DNA of 64,000 nt from Planctomycetota bacterium (GTDB taxonomy: Bacteria > Planctomycetota > UBA11346), in NCBI GenBank assembly GCA_013696105.1, contig JACCZE010000036.1:13891-77890 (forward strand), given 5' to 3'. The notes beneath the pieces are model-generated. The model was not told the DNA's origin and ran no database searches. It saw nothing but the letters and a program-made list of their open reading frames with translations. A program made the position numbers and the translations under genes. Below are positions 25,906-34,100 of the stretch, one piece after another. The first letter of the stretch is position 1; the number at the start of each line of letters is the position of its first letter.

Positions 25906-28900
25906 TCAGACCCCCGTCCGCCGGCGCCGCGCATTCCCACCCGCAAGCGCCAGGAGCACAAGCAGCATGGCCATGCTGCTTCCGAATCCGCAAGCTCGGC
26001 CCGAAGCCCCATTGGCCCCTATGTCCTGGGTGCCCACGGCATCCACGATGGTGATGGCGAGGCTCGCCGATCCGGCACCCGATCCGTTGCTCGCACCGAG
26101 CGTCACGAGGAACACCCCGGCGGCAGAGGGGGTGCCAGCGATGACCCCGGTGGTTGCATTCAGGGACAATCCGGCGGGCAAGCCTGCCGCGGAATATCCA
26201 GTCGGCGCATTGGTCGCGGTGATTGAGAATGAGAACGGAGCGCCGACGACACCGGATGCATTGGCAGGGCTGGTGATCGCAGGGACGACGGGATCCGCGG
26301 CAGCGATCGTCAGGGTGAGCGTCGCGCTTCCCGAACCGCCGGCGTTGCTTGCCGTGATGGTGACCGTGGACGTCCCGGCCGCGGTCGGCGTTCCGGAGAT
26401 GACCCCCGTAGTGGCGGAGACGGTCAATCCGGCGGGCAGCCCAGTGGCGCCGAACGAGGTCGGGCTTCCAGATGCAGTGATCGCATACGCGAACGAGTTG
26501 CCGACCGTACCGCTCGCCGTGGTCGCGCTCGTGACCACGGGCGGTGCCGGATTCACGGTGAGCGTCAGGGTCCTGGTGCCGGTGCCGCCCGCGTTGGTCG
26601 CGCTCAGACTGACCGTGAACGTGCCCGCGACCGTCGGCGTACCGGAGATGACCCCGGTTGCGGTATTGATCGTCAATCCGCTCGGAAGTCCCGAGGCCGC
26701 GTAGCTCGTCGGCGCATTCGTCGCCGCGATGGTATAGGAGAACGCCAGGCCCACGCGGCCGGTCGCGGTCGCCGCGCTGGAAATCACGGGCGGTGCCGGA
26801 TTCACGGTGAGCGTCAAGGTGCTGGTGCCGGTTCCGCCGGCATTGGTGGCGCTCAGCGTGATCGTGAACGTGCCCGCAACCGTCGGCGTACCGGAGATGA
26901 CCCCGGTTGCGGTGTTGATCGACAATCCGCTCGGAAGTCCCGTGGCCGCGTAGCTCGTCGGCGCATTGCTCGCCACGATGGTGTAGGAGAACGCCAGGCC
27001 CACGCGGCCGGTCGCGGTGGCAGCGCTGGAGATGACGGGAGCGCTTGGCGTGGAACCGGTGACGGTGATGGTCACGTTGGCGCTGGAAACGCCCCCCTCA
27101 TTGTCGCGGACCAGCAGGAGCGCCTGGTAGGTTCCCGGGGACGTGTAGGTGTGGGTGATGGTCTGCCCGGTTCCGGTCGAGCCATCCCCGAAGCTCCAGT
27201 CCCAGGCGATGATCTTGCCGTCATCAGACGATCCGCTGCCCGAAAAGACAACGGTCACCGGCGCAATGCCGCTGGTACGATCGGTGGTGATGGCGGCGGT
27301 GGGTTTGGACGACGAGACTTCGCTCACGGTGAAGGTGACCGTGCGCGTGGTGAGGTTGCCGGCATTGTCCGCGATGCGCGCGGTCATGGTCACCGCCGTG
27401 AACGAGGGGAGATCGCGCGGAGCGCGGAGCTGAAAGACGTATCCGCCCACATCCTTGCGTTCGAAGAGATCGCTGATGTCCGCTCCGACGGCACGCCCTC
27501 CGGTCGCGGGGTTGCCGGTGCCGAGAGCGACATTGAACGACACGCGCAGCGAAGCCAGGTCGATGCCGGTCTCGCCATCGGCGTATTGCAGCGAAATGCG
27601 CGGGTCCGCCGACCAATGCTCGCTGGTGGGGCCGAGGATCGCGAGGGCTGGAGCGGTGGTATCCGTCCCGGCCACCGCCGCGGGCATGACCGCCGTGATT
27701 TCTGGAGCCGGATCGCTGGCCTTGGTCTCGTTGCCGACGTGCACGACGGTGTAGCGATAGGTCACTCCGCGGCGGGCGCTGCGGTCGATGAACTGCACCT
27801 CGTCGTTCGCTCCGATCAGGACCACGTCGGCATCGGCGAGGTAGGCGGTGGTCGTGTTGCGGGTGATGGGGGTGACCAGCGTCTCGTCGGCGTGCGGGTC
27901 GATGGCCACGGTCTTGATCAGCTGACGATCGCGCAGGCCGCCGACTTCCGCGCGGGTGCTGCGGTACACCCGGTAGAAGCGCACATTGGATGCGGAAACT
28001 GGATGCCGCCACGAGATGGTGGCACCGGAGGCGGTCGCCGACACCAGGCGCAGATCCCGCGGGCGGTCGGCAGGGATGCCATCGGGCGAGCGATAGGTGT
28101 TCACCAGGGTGCGCACGCGCGAGCTCTGGTTGCCAAGCCAGATGTCGAGCGACCCGTCGCCGGTGTAATCAGCGACATCCAGGACGAACAGACCGCCGAC
28201 GCCAGGATCCGCGAAGCGCTGCCAGGAGTTTGGCGAGAAGACGAAGGACCCGGAACCATTGTTTAGGAAGATGGTGACCAGCTGGTTGCGGTCGATCGCC
28301 TCCTGATCGTAACCGACGATGTCGAGATCGCCGTCATGATCGAGGTCAGCGAGTTTCACATGCGCCTGCCCGACATAGCCGGTGCGGCCCGCCATGTCGA
28401 CGCGCGCGCCGGTGACCTCCGAAAAATTTCCGGAACCGTCATTCACCAGGATGGCCAAGCCCACGGTCGGATGGCTGCCCGCATTGTAGCTGTCCATGCA
28501 GCCGATGACGTAGTCGAGATCGCCGTCACCGTCGATGTCGCCGAGGGCGCAATTATCGCCGAATCCGGCTCCGCCGCGGCCATCGCCGACGCTCGCGCCA
28601 TTTCCTGGCAGGTTGTAGACCACGCGCTCGGAGAAGGTCCCGGATCCGTCGTTGATCATCGCGAGGACGACCAGCCGCACGCCGTCCACCATCATCAGAT
28701 CGAGATCGCGATCGCCGTCGAGGTCGGCAGACAGCACCTCGTTGATGCGCTCGTCCTTGTAGCGCCGAAGTCCCCGCGCGGTGAGCTGCGCATCGCTCAG
28801 CACCGAAAAGCCTCCGGAACCGTCATTGACCAGCACGCTGAAATCGAGGGGCGCCAGGCAGGTGCGGAACAGGCAGGTGCCGTGCCCGACGATGAGGTCG

Positions 28901-29451
28901 ACGTCGCCATCGCCTTCGAGATCGGTCTTCGTGATGTCGAGCGCGCTGGAGTCGCTGAACTGCTGACCCATCGCGAAGCGGCCATCGCGGTTGAATTGCG
29001 TCACCAGCAATTCGCCGTTGCCGCCCTGGATGCTGTCCGGATCGCCGTCGTTGTCGATGTCGGCCCATTGCGTCGCGTCATTGCCGATGCCATCCTTGTC
29101 GCCGAACCGGTATCCGGTCACGGCGTTGGCGGCCGGCGTCATCCGGCCGTTCCCGGTGTTCATGAGCAGGCCGTAGCGCGCCACCAGCGAACGATCGAGC
29201 TGCCCATCACCATTGAAGTCGACGAAATCGCCGCTGTAGTAATTGCCGTTGGTATCCCCTGCGTCCGGATTCGTGCCGGTGAAGCTGTACTGGTCCGTGC
29301 GCAATGGATCGCTCTGGTCGGTGAATCCAGCCCATGGGTCAACCGCCCAGGCGGTGGACAGCGGCAAGAGCAGGAACACCGCGATGATGACCGCCAGCGC
29401 CGACCAGCTGGCCTGGCTTCGGGCGGGGATGCGGACGAGGGATCGGGTCAT
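25906..29451 (-). CDS. secreted FG-GAP/VCBS repeat protein - FN3 - PKD - He_PIG (putative Ig) x4 - Cys-containing C-terminal tail
   Basis: 1181 aa with signal peptide ...VIIAVFLLLPLSTAWA. Many FG-GAP/VCBS-like strings (DFNGDGQLD, DIDNDGDPD, DLEGDGDVDL, DLDGDRDLDL, DIDGDGDLD, DLDHDGDLD). PKD TSGIAPVTVVFSGSGSSDDGKIIAWDWSFGDGS. Four GLPxGLxxNxxTGVISGTP units. Tail ASGRACGFGSSMAMLLVLLALAGGNARRRR at 25909..26019. Confidence 0.8.
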   Translation of the reverse strand: MTRSLVRIPARSQASWSALAVIIAVFLLLPLSTAWAVDPWAGFTDQSDPLRTDQYSFTGTNPDAGDTNGNYYSGDFVDFNGDGQLDRSLVARYGLLMNTGNGRMTPAANAVTGYRFGDKDGIGNDATQWADIDNDGDPDSIQGGNGELLVTQFNRDGRFAMGQQFSDSSALDITKTDLEGDGDVDLIVGHGTCLFRTCLAPLDFSVLVNDGSGGFSVLSDAQLTARGLRRYKDERINEVLSADLDGDRDLDLMMVDGVRLVVLAMINDGSGTFSERVVYNLPGNGASVGDGRGGAGFGDNCALGDIDGDGDLDYVIGCMDSYNAGSHPTVGLAILVNDGSGNFSEVTGARVDMAGRTGYVGQAHVKLADLDHDGDLDIVGYDQEAIDRNQLVTIFLNNGSGSFVFSPNSWQRFADPGVGGLFVLDVADYTGDGSLDIWLGNQSSRVRTLVNTYRSPDGIPADRPRDLRLVSATASGATISWRHPVSASNVRFYRVYRSTRAEVGGLRDRQLIKTVAIDPHADETLVTPITRNTTTAYLADADVVLIGANDEVQFIDRSARRGVTYRYTVVHVGNETKASDPAPEITAVMPAAVAGTDTTAPALAILGPTSEHWSADPRISLQYADGETGIDLASLRVSFNVALGTGNPATGGRAVGADISDLFERKDVGGYVFQLRAPRDLPSFTAVTMTARIADNAGNLTTRTVTFTVSEVSSSKPTAAITTDRTSGIAPVTVVFSGSGSSDDGKIIAWDWSFGDGSTGTGQTITHTYTSPGTYQALLLVRDNEGGVSSANVTITVTGSTPSAPVISSAATATGRVGLAFSYTIVASNAPTSYAATGLPSGLSINTATGVISGTPTVAGTFTITLSATNAGGTGTSTLTLTVNPAPPVISSAATATGRVGLAFSYTIAATNAPTSYAASGLPSGLTINTATGVISGTPTVAGTFTVSLSATNAGGTGTRTLTLTVNPAPPVVTSATTASGTVGNSFAYAITASGSPTSFGATGLPAGLTVSATTGVISGTPTAAGTSTVTITASNAGGSGSATLTLTIAAADPVVPAITSPANASGVVGAPFSFSITATNAPTGYSAAGLPAGLSLNATTGVIAGTPSAAGVFLVTLGASNGSGAGSASLAITIVDAVGTQDIGANGASGRACGFGSSMAMLLVLLALAGGNARRRRTGV
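26538..27035 (-). repeat. in-frame tandem repeat, 2 x 249 bp (near-identical He_PIG units)
   Basis: gcggtgccggattcacggtgagcgtca recurs at 26541 and 26790 (offset 249). The encoded 83-aa units differ at only a few residues. Two more diverged units follow down to ~26008. Confidence 0.8.
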
Positions 29452-29638
29452 GTGAGCTCCGTGTCGGTGACAGCTGGATGGCCTGCATCCCTTGATGTCC
29501 GCTGCAGACTCGATGTTTTATCCCGTCTCGTCCGTGTCCTGAATGGGGTTGCATCACCGTGTGCGACAGCGGGCTCCTGTCCGGGTCACATCACCGATCG
29601 GCGTCTACGAAGCTGGCTCATACGCGGTCTGCCGAGGC

Positions 29639-32548
29639 ATGGCCCAGTCCAGAACATCTCCTCCCGCACGGACATGTGGCTGTATGGGTACCCCCCTTCC
29701 TTTGTGCTCGTGGGCTCGCTTTCTTCATGGCTTCGGGCTCCCTGCCCTGCTGCTGCCTGCCTTACTGCTGCCAACCTTACTGCTGCCAGCCTTATTGCTG
29801 ATAGCGGGGCTGTTCTCGCCGGCATCCCTGTCGGCACAGGTTCCTCCAGTCGTCTCGGCGATCTCCTCCACACCCAGACCCGCAACGATCGGCACGACCG
29901 TCACGTTCACCGCCACCGCGAGCGATGCGGACGGAGACGTGCTGACCTACAGCTGGACCTTCGGCGATGGGACCATGCCCACGCCCCCGGCGACCACGGC
30001 GACGACGACCCACGCGTTCGCCTCGGAGGGGCACTTCCAGGTGACCTGTCAGGTCTCGGACGGGGTGATCACCCGCTCGCGCACCCGCATCCAGACAGTC
30101 TACGAACCGTTCACGACCGCACCCCCTGCAGCATCAGCGACGATCGTGTTCGACGCGGGGCGCAATCGGGTGTGGACGGTGAATCCGGACGCCGGATCCA
30201 TCGCCGCCATCGACGCAGGGACACTGGTGAAACTGTTCGAAGTCCCCGTCGGCCGCGATCCACGCAGCCTCGCGCTCGCCCCCGATGGCTCGGTGTGGGT
30301 CTCCTGTCAACGCGACAGCCAGGTGCATGTGCTCTCCGGCACCGATGGCAGTTCGATCGCAACCATCGCTCTGCCCTATGGGTGCGGCCCGATCGGCATC
30401 GCCATGGCTCCGAACGGCGCCGCCTGCTACGTCGCCGCTTCGGCCGCGGGCACCCTGCTCAGGTTTGACACCGCGACCCGGGCGCTCACCGGCACGCTGG
30501 CGCTCGGACCGACGCCGCGCGCGATCGCGATCTCAGGAGATTCCAGCCGGATCCTCGTGACGCGCTTCATCTCGCCGGTGGATCATGGCGAAGTCTGGGA
30601 GGTGGCCGCCTCGTCGTTCACCCGGACCAGGACGCACCTGCTCGCCTTCGATACCGGCGAAGGCGGGGACAACGCGACCGCCGGACGCGGGGTGCCGAAT
30701 TATCTCATGCACGTGACCATCAGCCCCGACGGACGGCAGGCCTGGATCGGAGCGAAGAAGGACAACACCGCACGCGGCTTGCTGCGTGACGGAAAGCCGC
30801 TCGGCTTCGAGAGCACGGTGCGCTCCATCATCTGCCGCATCGATCTCCAGGCGAATGCCGAGCTGCTGCCGCGCCGGCGCGACAACGACGATCGCGAACT
30901 GCCCGCCGCCATCTGCTTCACCCCGCTCGGGGATTACGCGTTCGTCGCCTTCCAGGGCAACAACCGCATCGATGTCATCGACTCCTACAGCAACGCGCGC
31001 TACGCCACCGCGATCGATCCGGCCTCGCTGGCACCCCAAGGCCTGTGCCTGGATCCACTGGGGTCGCGGCTCTATGTCCAAGGCTACCTGTCGCGTTCGG
31101 TCTCGGCGTACGATGTCAGCGCGGTGACCCAGGCCGACGCCCCGACGGCGACGCTGCTGGGCACCACGCCGACGGTGGCGAGTGAACCACTGACACCGCA
31201 GGTCCTGATCGGCAAACGCGTCTTCTACAACGCTGCCGACCCGCGCATGGGCTCCTCCGGCTACATCAGCTGCGCCACCTGCCACCTCGATGGCGGCCAC
31301 GATGGCCGGGTCTTCGATTTCAGCGATCGGGGCGAAGGGTTCCGCAACACCACCACGCTGCACGGGAAACGGGGAACCGGTCACGGGCGCGTGCACTGGA
31401 CCGCCAACTTCGATGAGATCCAGGATTTCGAGCATGCCTGCCGCACCGATTTCGGCGGGACCGGATTCATCAGCGACGCCCAGTTCGCGATCGGCACGCG
31501 CAACCAGCCACTCGGAGAGTCCAAGGCCGGCCTGAGCGCGGATCTCGATGCGATGGCGGCCTATGTGACCTCGCTGAACTCGATACCGTCCAGCCCGAAT
31601 CGTTCGCCAACGGGCGCACTGACCTCGGCGGGGTCATCAGGTCGGGCGGTCTTCCGCCGCATGAACTGCCAAGCCTGCCATGGCGGCGCCGATTTCACCG
31701 ACAGCGCGAGCGGTCTGCTCCACGATGTCGGCACGCTCAAGCCGACCTCGGGCAAGCGCCTCAACGGTCCCTTGTCCAGGCTCGATACGCCCACGCTGCT
31801 GGGGCTTTCGGACACCGCGCCCTATCTGCATGACGGATCGGCCGCCACTCTCGACGACGTCTTCCTCCAGGCGCCTGCGGGGAGCGCGCATGGCTTGGTC
31901 GCCGATCTCGGTGCTGCGGACCGCTGGGCGCTGGTCTCCTTCCTGGCGCAGATCGACGGCAGCGAACCGATCGTGCAACCGGCCGACCGTCAGCTCTCGG
32001 TGGCCGTGACGCGCGACGGATCCCCCTTCGCGGTCCTCATGGCGCTCGCTCCCGAACACGCGCCGCCCGGGGATGTCGCGGCCGCGTCGCGCATCTTTCC
32101 CGCCTTGTCCGCGGATGTCACCTACACCGTCACCTTCGGGATGAGCGCGAGCATGCTCGCCACCGGCCTACCCGACCGTTCGCGCGAGGGGAGTTGGCCC
32201 GCACTGGCGATCCTGGGCATGCTCGCCGCGCTCACCCTCACCCTCAATGGGCTGCCGGGATCGCATCGCGGTCGTGCCCTGATCCTGATGCTCGGATGCC
32301 TGATCTCGTCGACCGCGATGTCCAGCTGCGGCTCCTCGGGAGGAGGAGGCATTGCATCGCCAATCCAGCTGAGCCTGTCGGGTACGGTCACCGATGGCGG
32401 ATCCCCTACCGCCGGTGTCGCAGTCGATCTGACCGACGGACTCGGTCAGGTGCTCGCTACCGGCACGACGCGAACCGACGGCACCTTCCTGTTCGCCGGC
32501 ATCCAGACCACGCTAGCGGACGTGCGATTGGTCGTCCGCCGCCGATGA
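29639..32548 (+). CDS. PKD - beta-propeller - di-haem cytochrome c peroxidase (CCP/MauG-family) protein with unusual C-terminal extension
   Basis: Haem motifs CATCH (31271..31285; YISCATCHLDGGHDGRVFDF) and CQACH (31667..31681; CQACHGGADFTD), plus the distal-ligand region TAPYLHDGSAATLDDV typical of bacterial CCPs. PKD TVTFTATASDADGDVLTYSWTFGDGT. The start is uncertain (ATG 29543, 29639 or 29684). Confidence 0.8.
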   Translation: MAQSRTSPPARTCGCMGTPLPLCSWARFLHGFGLPALLLPALLLPTLLLPALLLIAGLFSPASLSAQVPPVVSAISSTPRPATIGTTVTFTATASDADGDVLTYSWTFGDGTMPTPPATTATTTHAFASEGHFQVTCQVSDGVITRSRTRIQTVYEPFTTAPPAASATIVFDAGRNRVWTVNPDAGSIAAIDAGTLVKLFEVPVGRDPRSLALAPDGSVWVSCQRDSQVHVLSGTDGSSIATIALPYGCGPIGIAMAPNGAACYVAASAAGTLLRFDTATRALTGTLALGPTPRAIAISGDSSRILVTRFISPVDHGEVWEVAASSFTRTRTHLLAFDTGEGGDNATAGRGVPNYLMHVTISPDGRQAWIGAKKDNTARGLLRDGKPLGFESTVRSIICRIDLQANAELLPRRRDNDDRELPAAICFTPLGDYAFVAFQGNNRIDVIDSYSNARYATAIDPASLAPQGLCLDPLGSRLYVQGYLSRSVSAYDVSAVTQADAPTATLLGTTPTVASEPLTPQVLIGKRVFYNAADPRMGSSGYISCATCHLDGGHDGRVFDFSDRGEGFRNTTTLHGKRGTGHGRVHWTANFDEIQDFEHACRTDFGGTGFISDAQFAIGTRNQPLGESKAGLSADLDAMAAYVTSLNSIPSSPNRSPTGALTSAGSSGRAVFRRMNCQACHGGADFTDSASGLLHDVGTLKPTSGKRLNGPLSRLDTPTLLGLSDTAPYLHDGSAATLDDVFLQAPAGSAHGLVADLGAADRWALVSFLAQIDGSEPIVQPADRQLSVAVTRDGSPFAVLMALAPEHAPPGDVAAASRIFPALSADVTYTVTFGMSASMLATGLPDRSREGSWPALAILGMLAALTLTLNGLPGSHRGRALILMLGCLISSTAMSSCGSSGGGGIASPIQLSLSGTVTDGGSPTAGVAVDLTDGLGQVLATGTTRTDGTFLFAGIQTTLADVRLVVRRR
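29741..29800 (+). repeat. 4 x 15-bp tandem repeat encoding (PALLL)4 in the signal/anchor segment
   Basis: cctgccctgctgctg / cctgccttactgctg / ccaaccttactgctg / ccagccttattgctg. The repeat contains TTA/TTG Leu codons, which look out of place in this GC-rich coding sequence by eye. Confidence 0.85.
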
Positions 32549-32570
32549 TCGGATGTCGACTGGAGCAACT

Positions 32571-32625
32571 ACGGAGAACTGGAGTGGCGGAGGCCGTGCT
32601 CCGTGCTCAGTTCTCAGTTCTCCGT
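32571..32625 (+). terminator. candidate stem-loop after the peroxidase gene
   Basis: acggagaactg (32571..32581) pairs perfectly with cagttctccgt (32615..32625). It sits 23 nt after the stop. The loop is long (33 nt) and there is no U-tract. Confidence 0.3.
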
Positions 32626-32718
32626 CGACAGCCATCTCGCGCTGTGAGACGCGCTACATGGGGCGGATCGCCCCCTGCGACTATCGTCACCTTCGCCGAG
32701 CGAATCTACGGCTAAATG

Positions 32719-32743
32719 ACGGAGAACGGAGAACGGAGAACGG
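32719..32743. repeat. (GGAGAAC)x3 heptamer array
   Basis: acGGAGAACGGAGAACGGAGAACgg lies 11 nt from the anti-sigma stop. The same ACGGAGAAC word forms the arms of the hairpin at 32571..32625. Confidence 0.7.
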
Positions 32744-32753
32744 TCATCACCCG

Positions 32754-34100
32754 TCAGGGCTCGACCGTCACCTCGAGCTGCGGTCCGCTCGACCCGCACT
32801 CGTGACTGGCGATGGCCAGGTTGCAGCCGTCCGTGGGGACGAGGACCAAGACGATGCCCCCTGTGCCGACCGCACCGGCATCGAGTTCGATCTCGACGAC
32901 GCCTTCGCGATCCGCGGTGAATGAACCGATGGGAGCGGGATCGTGATCGGGGAGGTGGTAATAGTTCACCGACGCCTCGCTCCAGGAATCATCGGATGAC
33001 CGGTAGACCTCGCAGCGTCCGCTGCCTTGGACCACCGTCAGGCGCAGCACCGCGCGCGCCACAGGCTGCTCATCGAGCGCGAACCGCACGCAGGCGATGC
33101 AGACGCCATGCGGCTCTACCTCGTCGGCGACGCGCAGGGCGGCCTCGGTCCCATGGCGGGAACTGGGGTCCTTCTTCAACCCGTGGGCATCGGAGACCGC
33201 CGCATGGCTCGTGACCTTCCCAGCCAGCGCCAGCGGATGGCCAGGGCGGACGATGACCGACTGGCCAGCGCCGACATCGATGGAGGCATGATCGGACAAC
33301 CGGTCCAGGCGCACCCGTCCGTGCTCGACCACCAGTCGCGGATCGGAGGTGGCCAGAGCCTCGAACGTGAATTCCGTGCCGACGACGGTCGCGCGCACAT
33401 CGGACGCGGTGATCGTCAGGGGATGACCGCTGGGTTGCGGGGTCACCGTCGCATGCACCACACCACGCGCGAGGGTCAGAGCCTTGGCCTCGCCTGGCGG
33501 CTGCATGGTCAGCACCGTTCCTGGCCCGAGCTCGAGCCTGGTCCCGTCGTTGAAGGCCACCGCGACTGGTGCGGACGATCCGGACGTGATGCGATCCGAC
33601 GCAAGCAGCTGGCACGTTCCGGCGAGGGGAATGTCCGAGCCGCCGCGCCGCACCAGCACCGGACCACCCGGTTCGAAGGAGGTGAGCGTCCCGATCACCG
33701 ACGGTCCACCGTGTTGGCGTCGCATCGTCTCACCCGCGATGACGCACATCACCAGCAACCCAGCGGCGATCGCCCAGGCGACGGGTGCCGATGATCGACG
33801 CGGTCGGGAGGCACGGCGCGGCCGCTCGATGCGCGCCGATTCGATGCGCGACTTCTGCACGCGTGCCATCACGCCCTTGGTGACCGCTGGCAGGTCGGAA
33901 AGCGCGGCGAGCACGCGATCGGCCGATACCGGCGCGCGCTTGTGCTGCTGCAGCAGGCGATGCACCACCACCTGTTCGAACAGGCTCCGAGCCGCGTTGG
34001 AATCGTGGGCGATGGCCTCTGCCAGCTCACGTTCCTCCGGCTCCGACAATGCGCCGATCGCATAGCCATGCATCAGAGGGACCAGGCGATCATCCGCCAC
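32754..34100 (-). CDS. anti-sigma factor, FecR-type, with extra C-terminal beta-rich (CBM/DNRLRE-like) domain
   Basis: Likely GTG start at 34100 (11-nt overlap with the sigma gene stop); the track ORF start at 34298 runs inside the sigma gene. N-terminal anti-sigma helix, TM VAWAIAAGLLVMCVIAG, FecR-like FNDGTRLELGPGTVLTM...VVGTEFTF. C-terminal ~140 aa at 32757..33180. Confidence 0.75.
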   Translation of the reverse strand: MADDRLVPLMHGYAIGALSEPEERELAEAIAHDSNAARSLFEQVVVHRLLQQHKRAPVSADRVLAALSDLPAVTKGVMARVQKSRIESARIERPRRASRPRRSSAPVAWAIAAGLLVMCVIAGETMRRQHGGPSVIGTLTSFEPGGPVLVRRGGSDIPLAGTCQLLASDRITSGSSAPVAVAFNDGTRLELGPGTVLTMQPPGEAKALTLARGVVHATVTPQPSGHPLTITASDVRATVVGTEFTFEALATSDPRLVVEHGRVRLDRLSDHASIDVGAGQSVIVRPGHPLALAGKVTSHAAVSDAHGLKKDPSSRHGTEAALRVADEVEPHGVCIACVRFALDEQPVARAVLRLTVVQGSGRCEVYRSSDDSWSEASVNYYHLPDHDPAPIGSFTADREGVVEIELDAGAVGTGGIVLVLVPTDGCNLAIASHECGSSGPQLEVTVEP

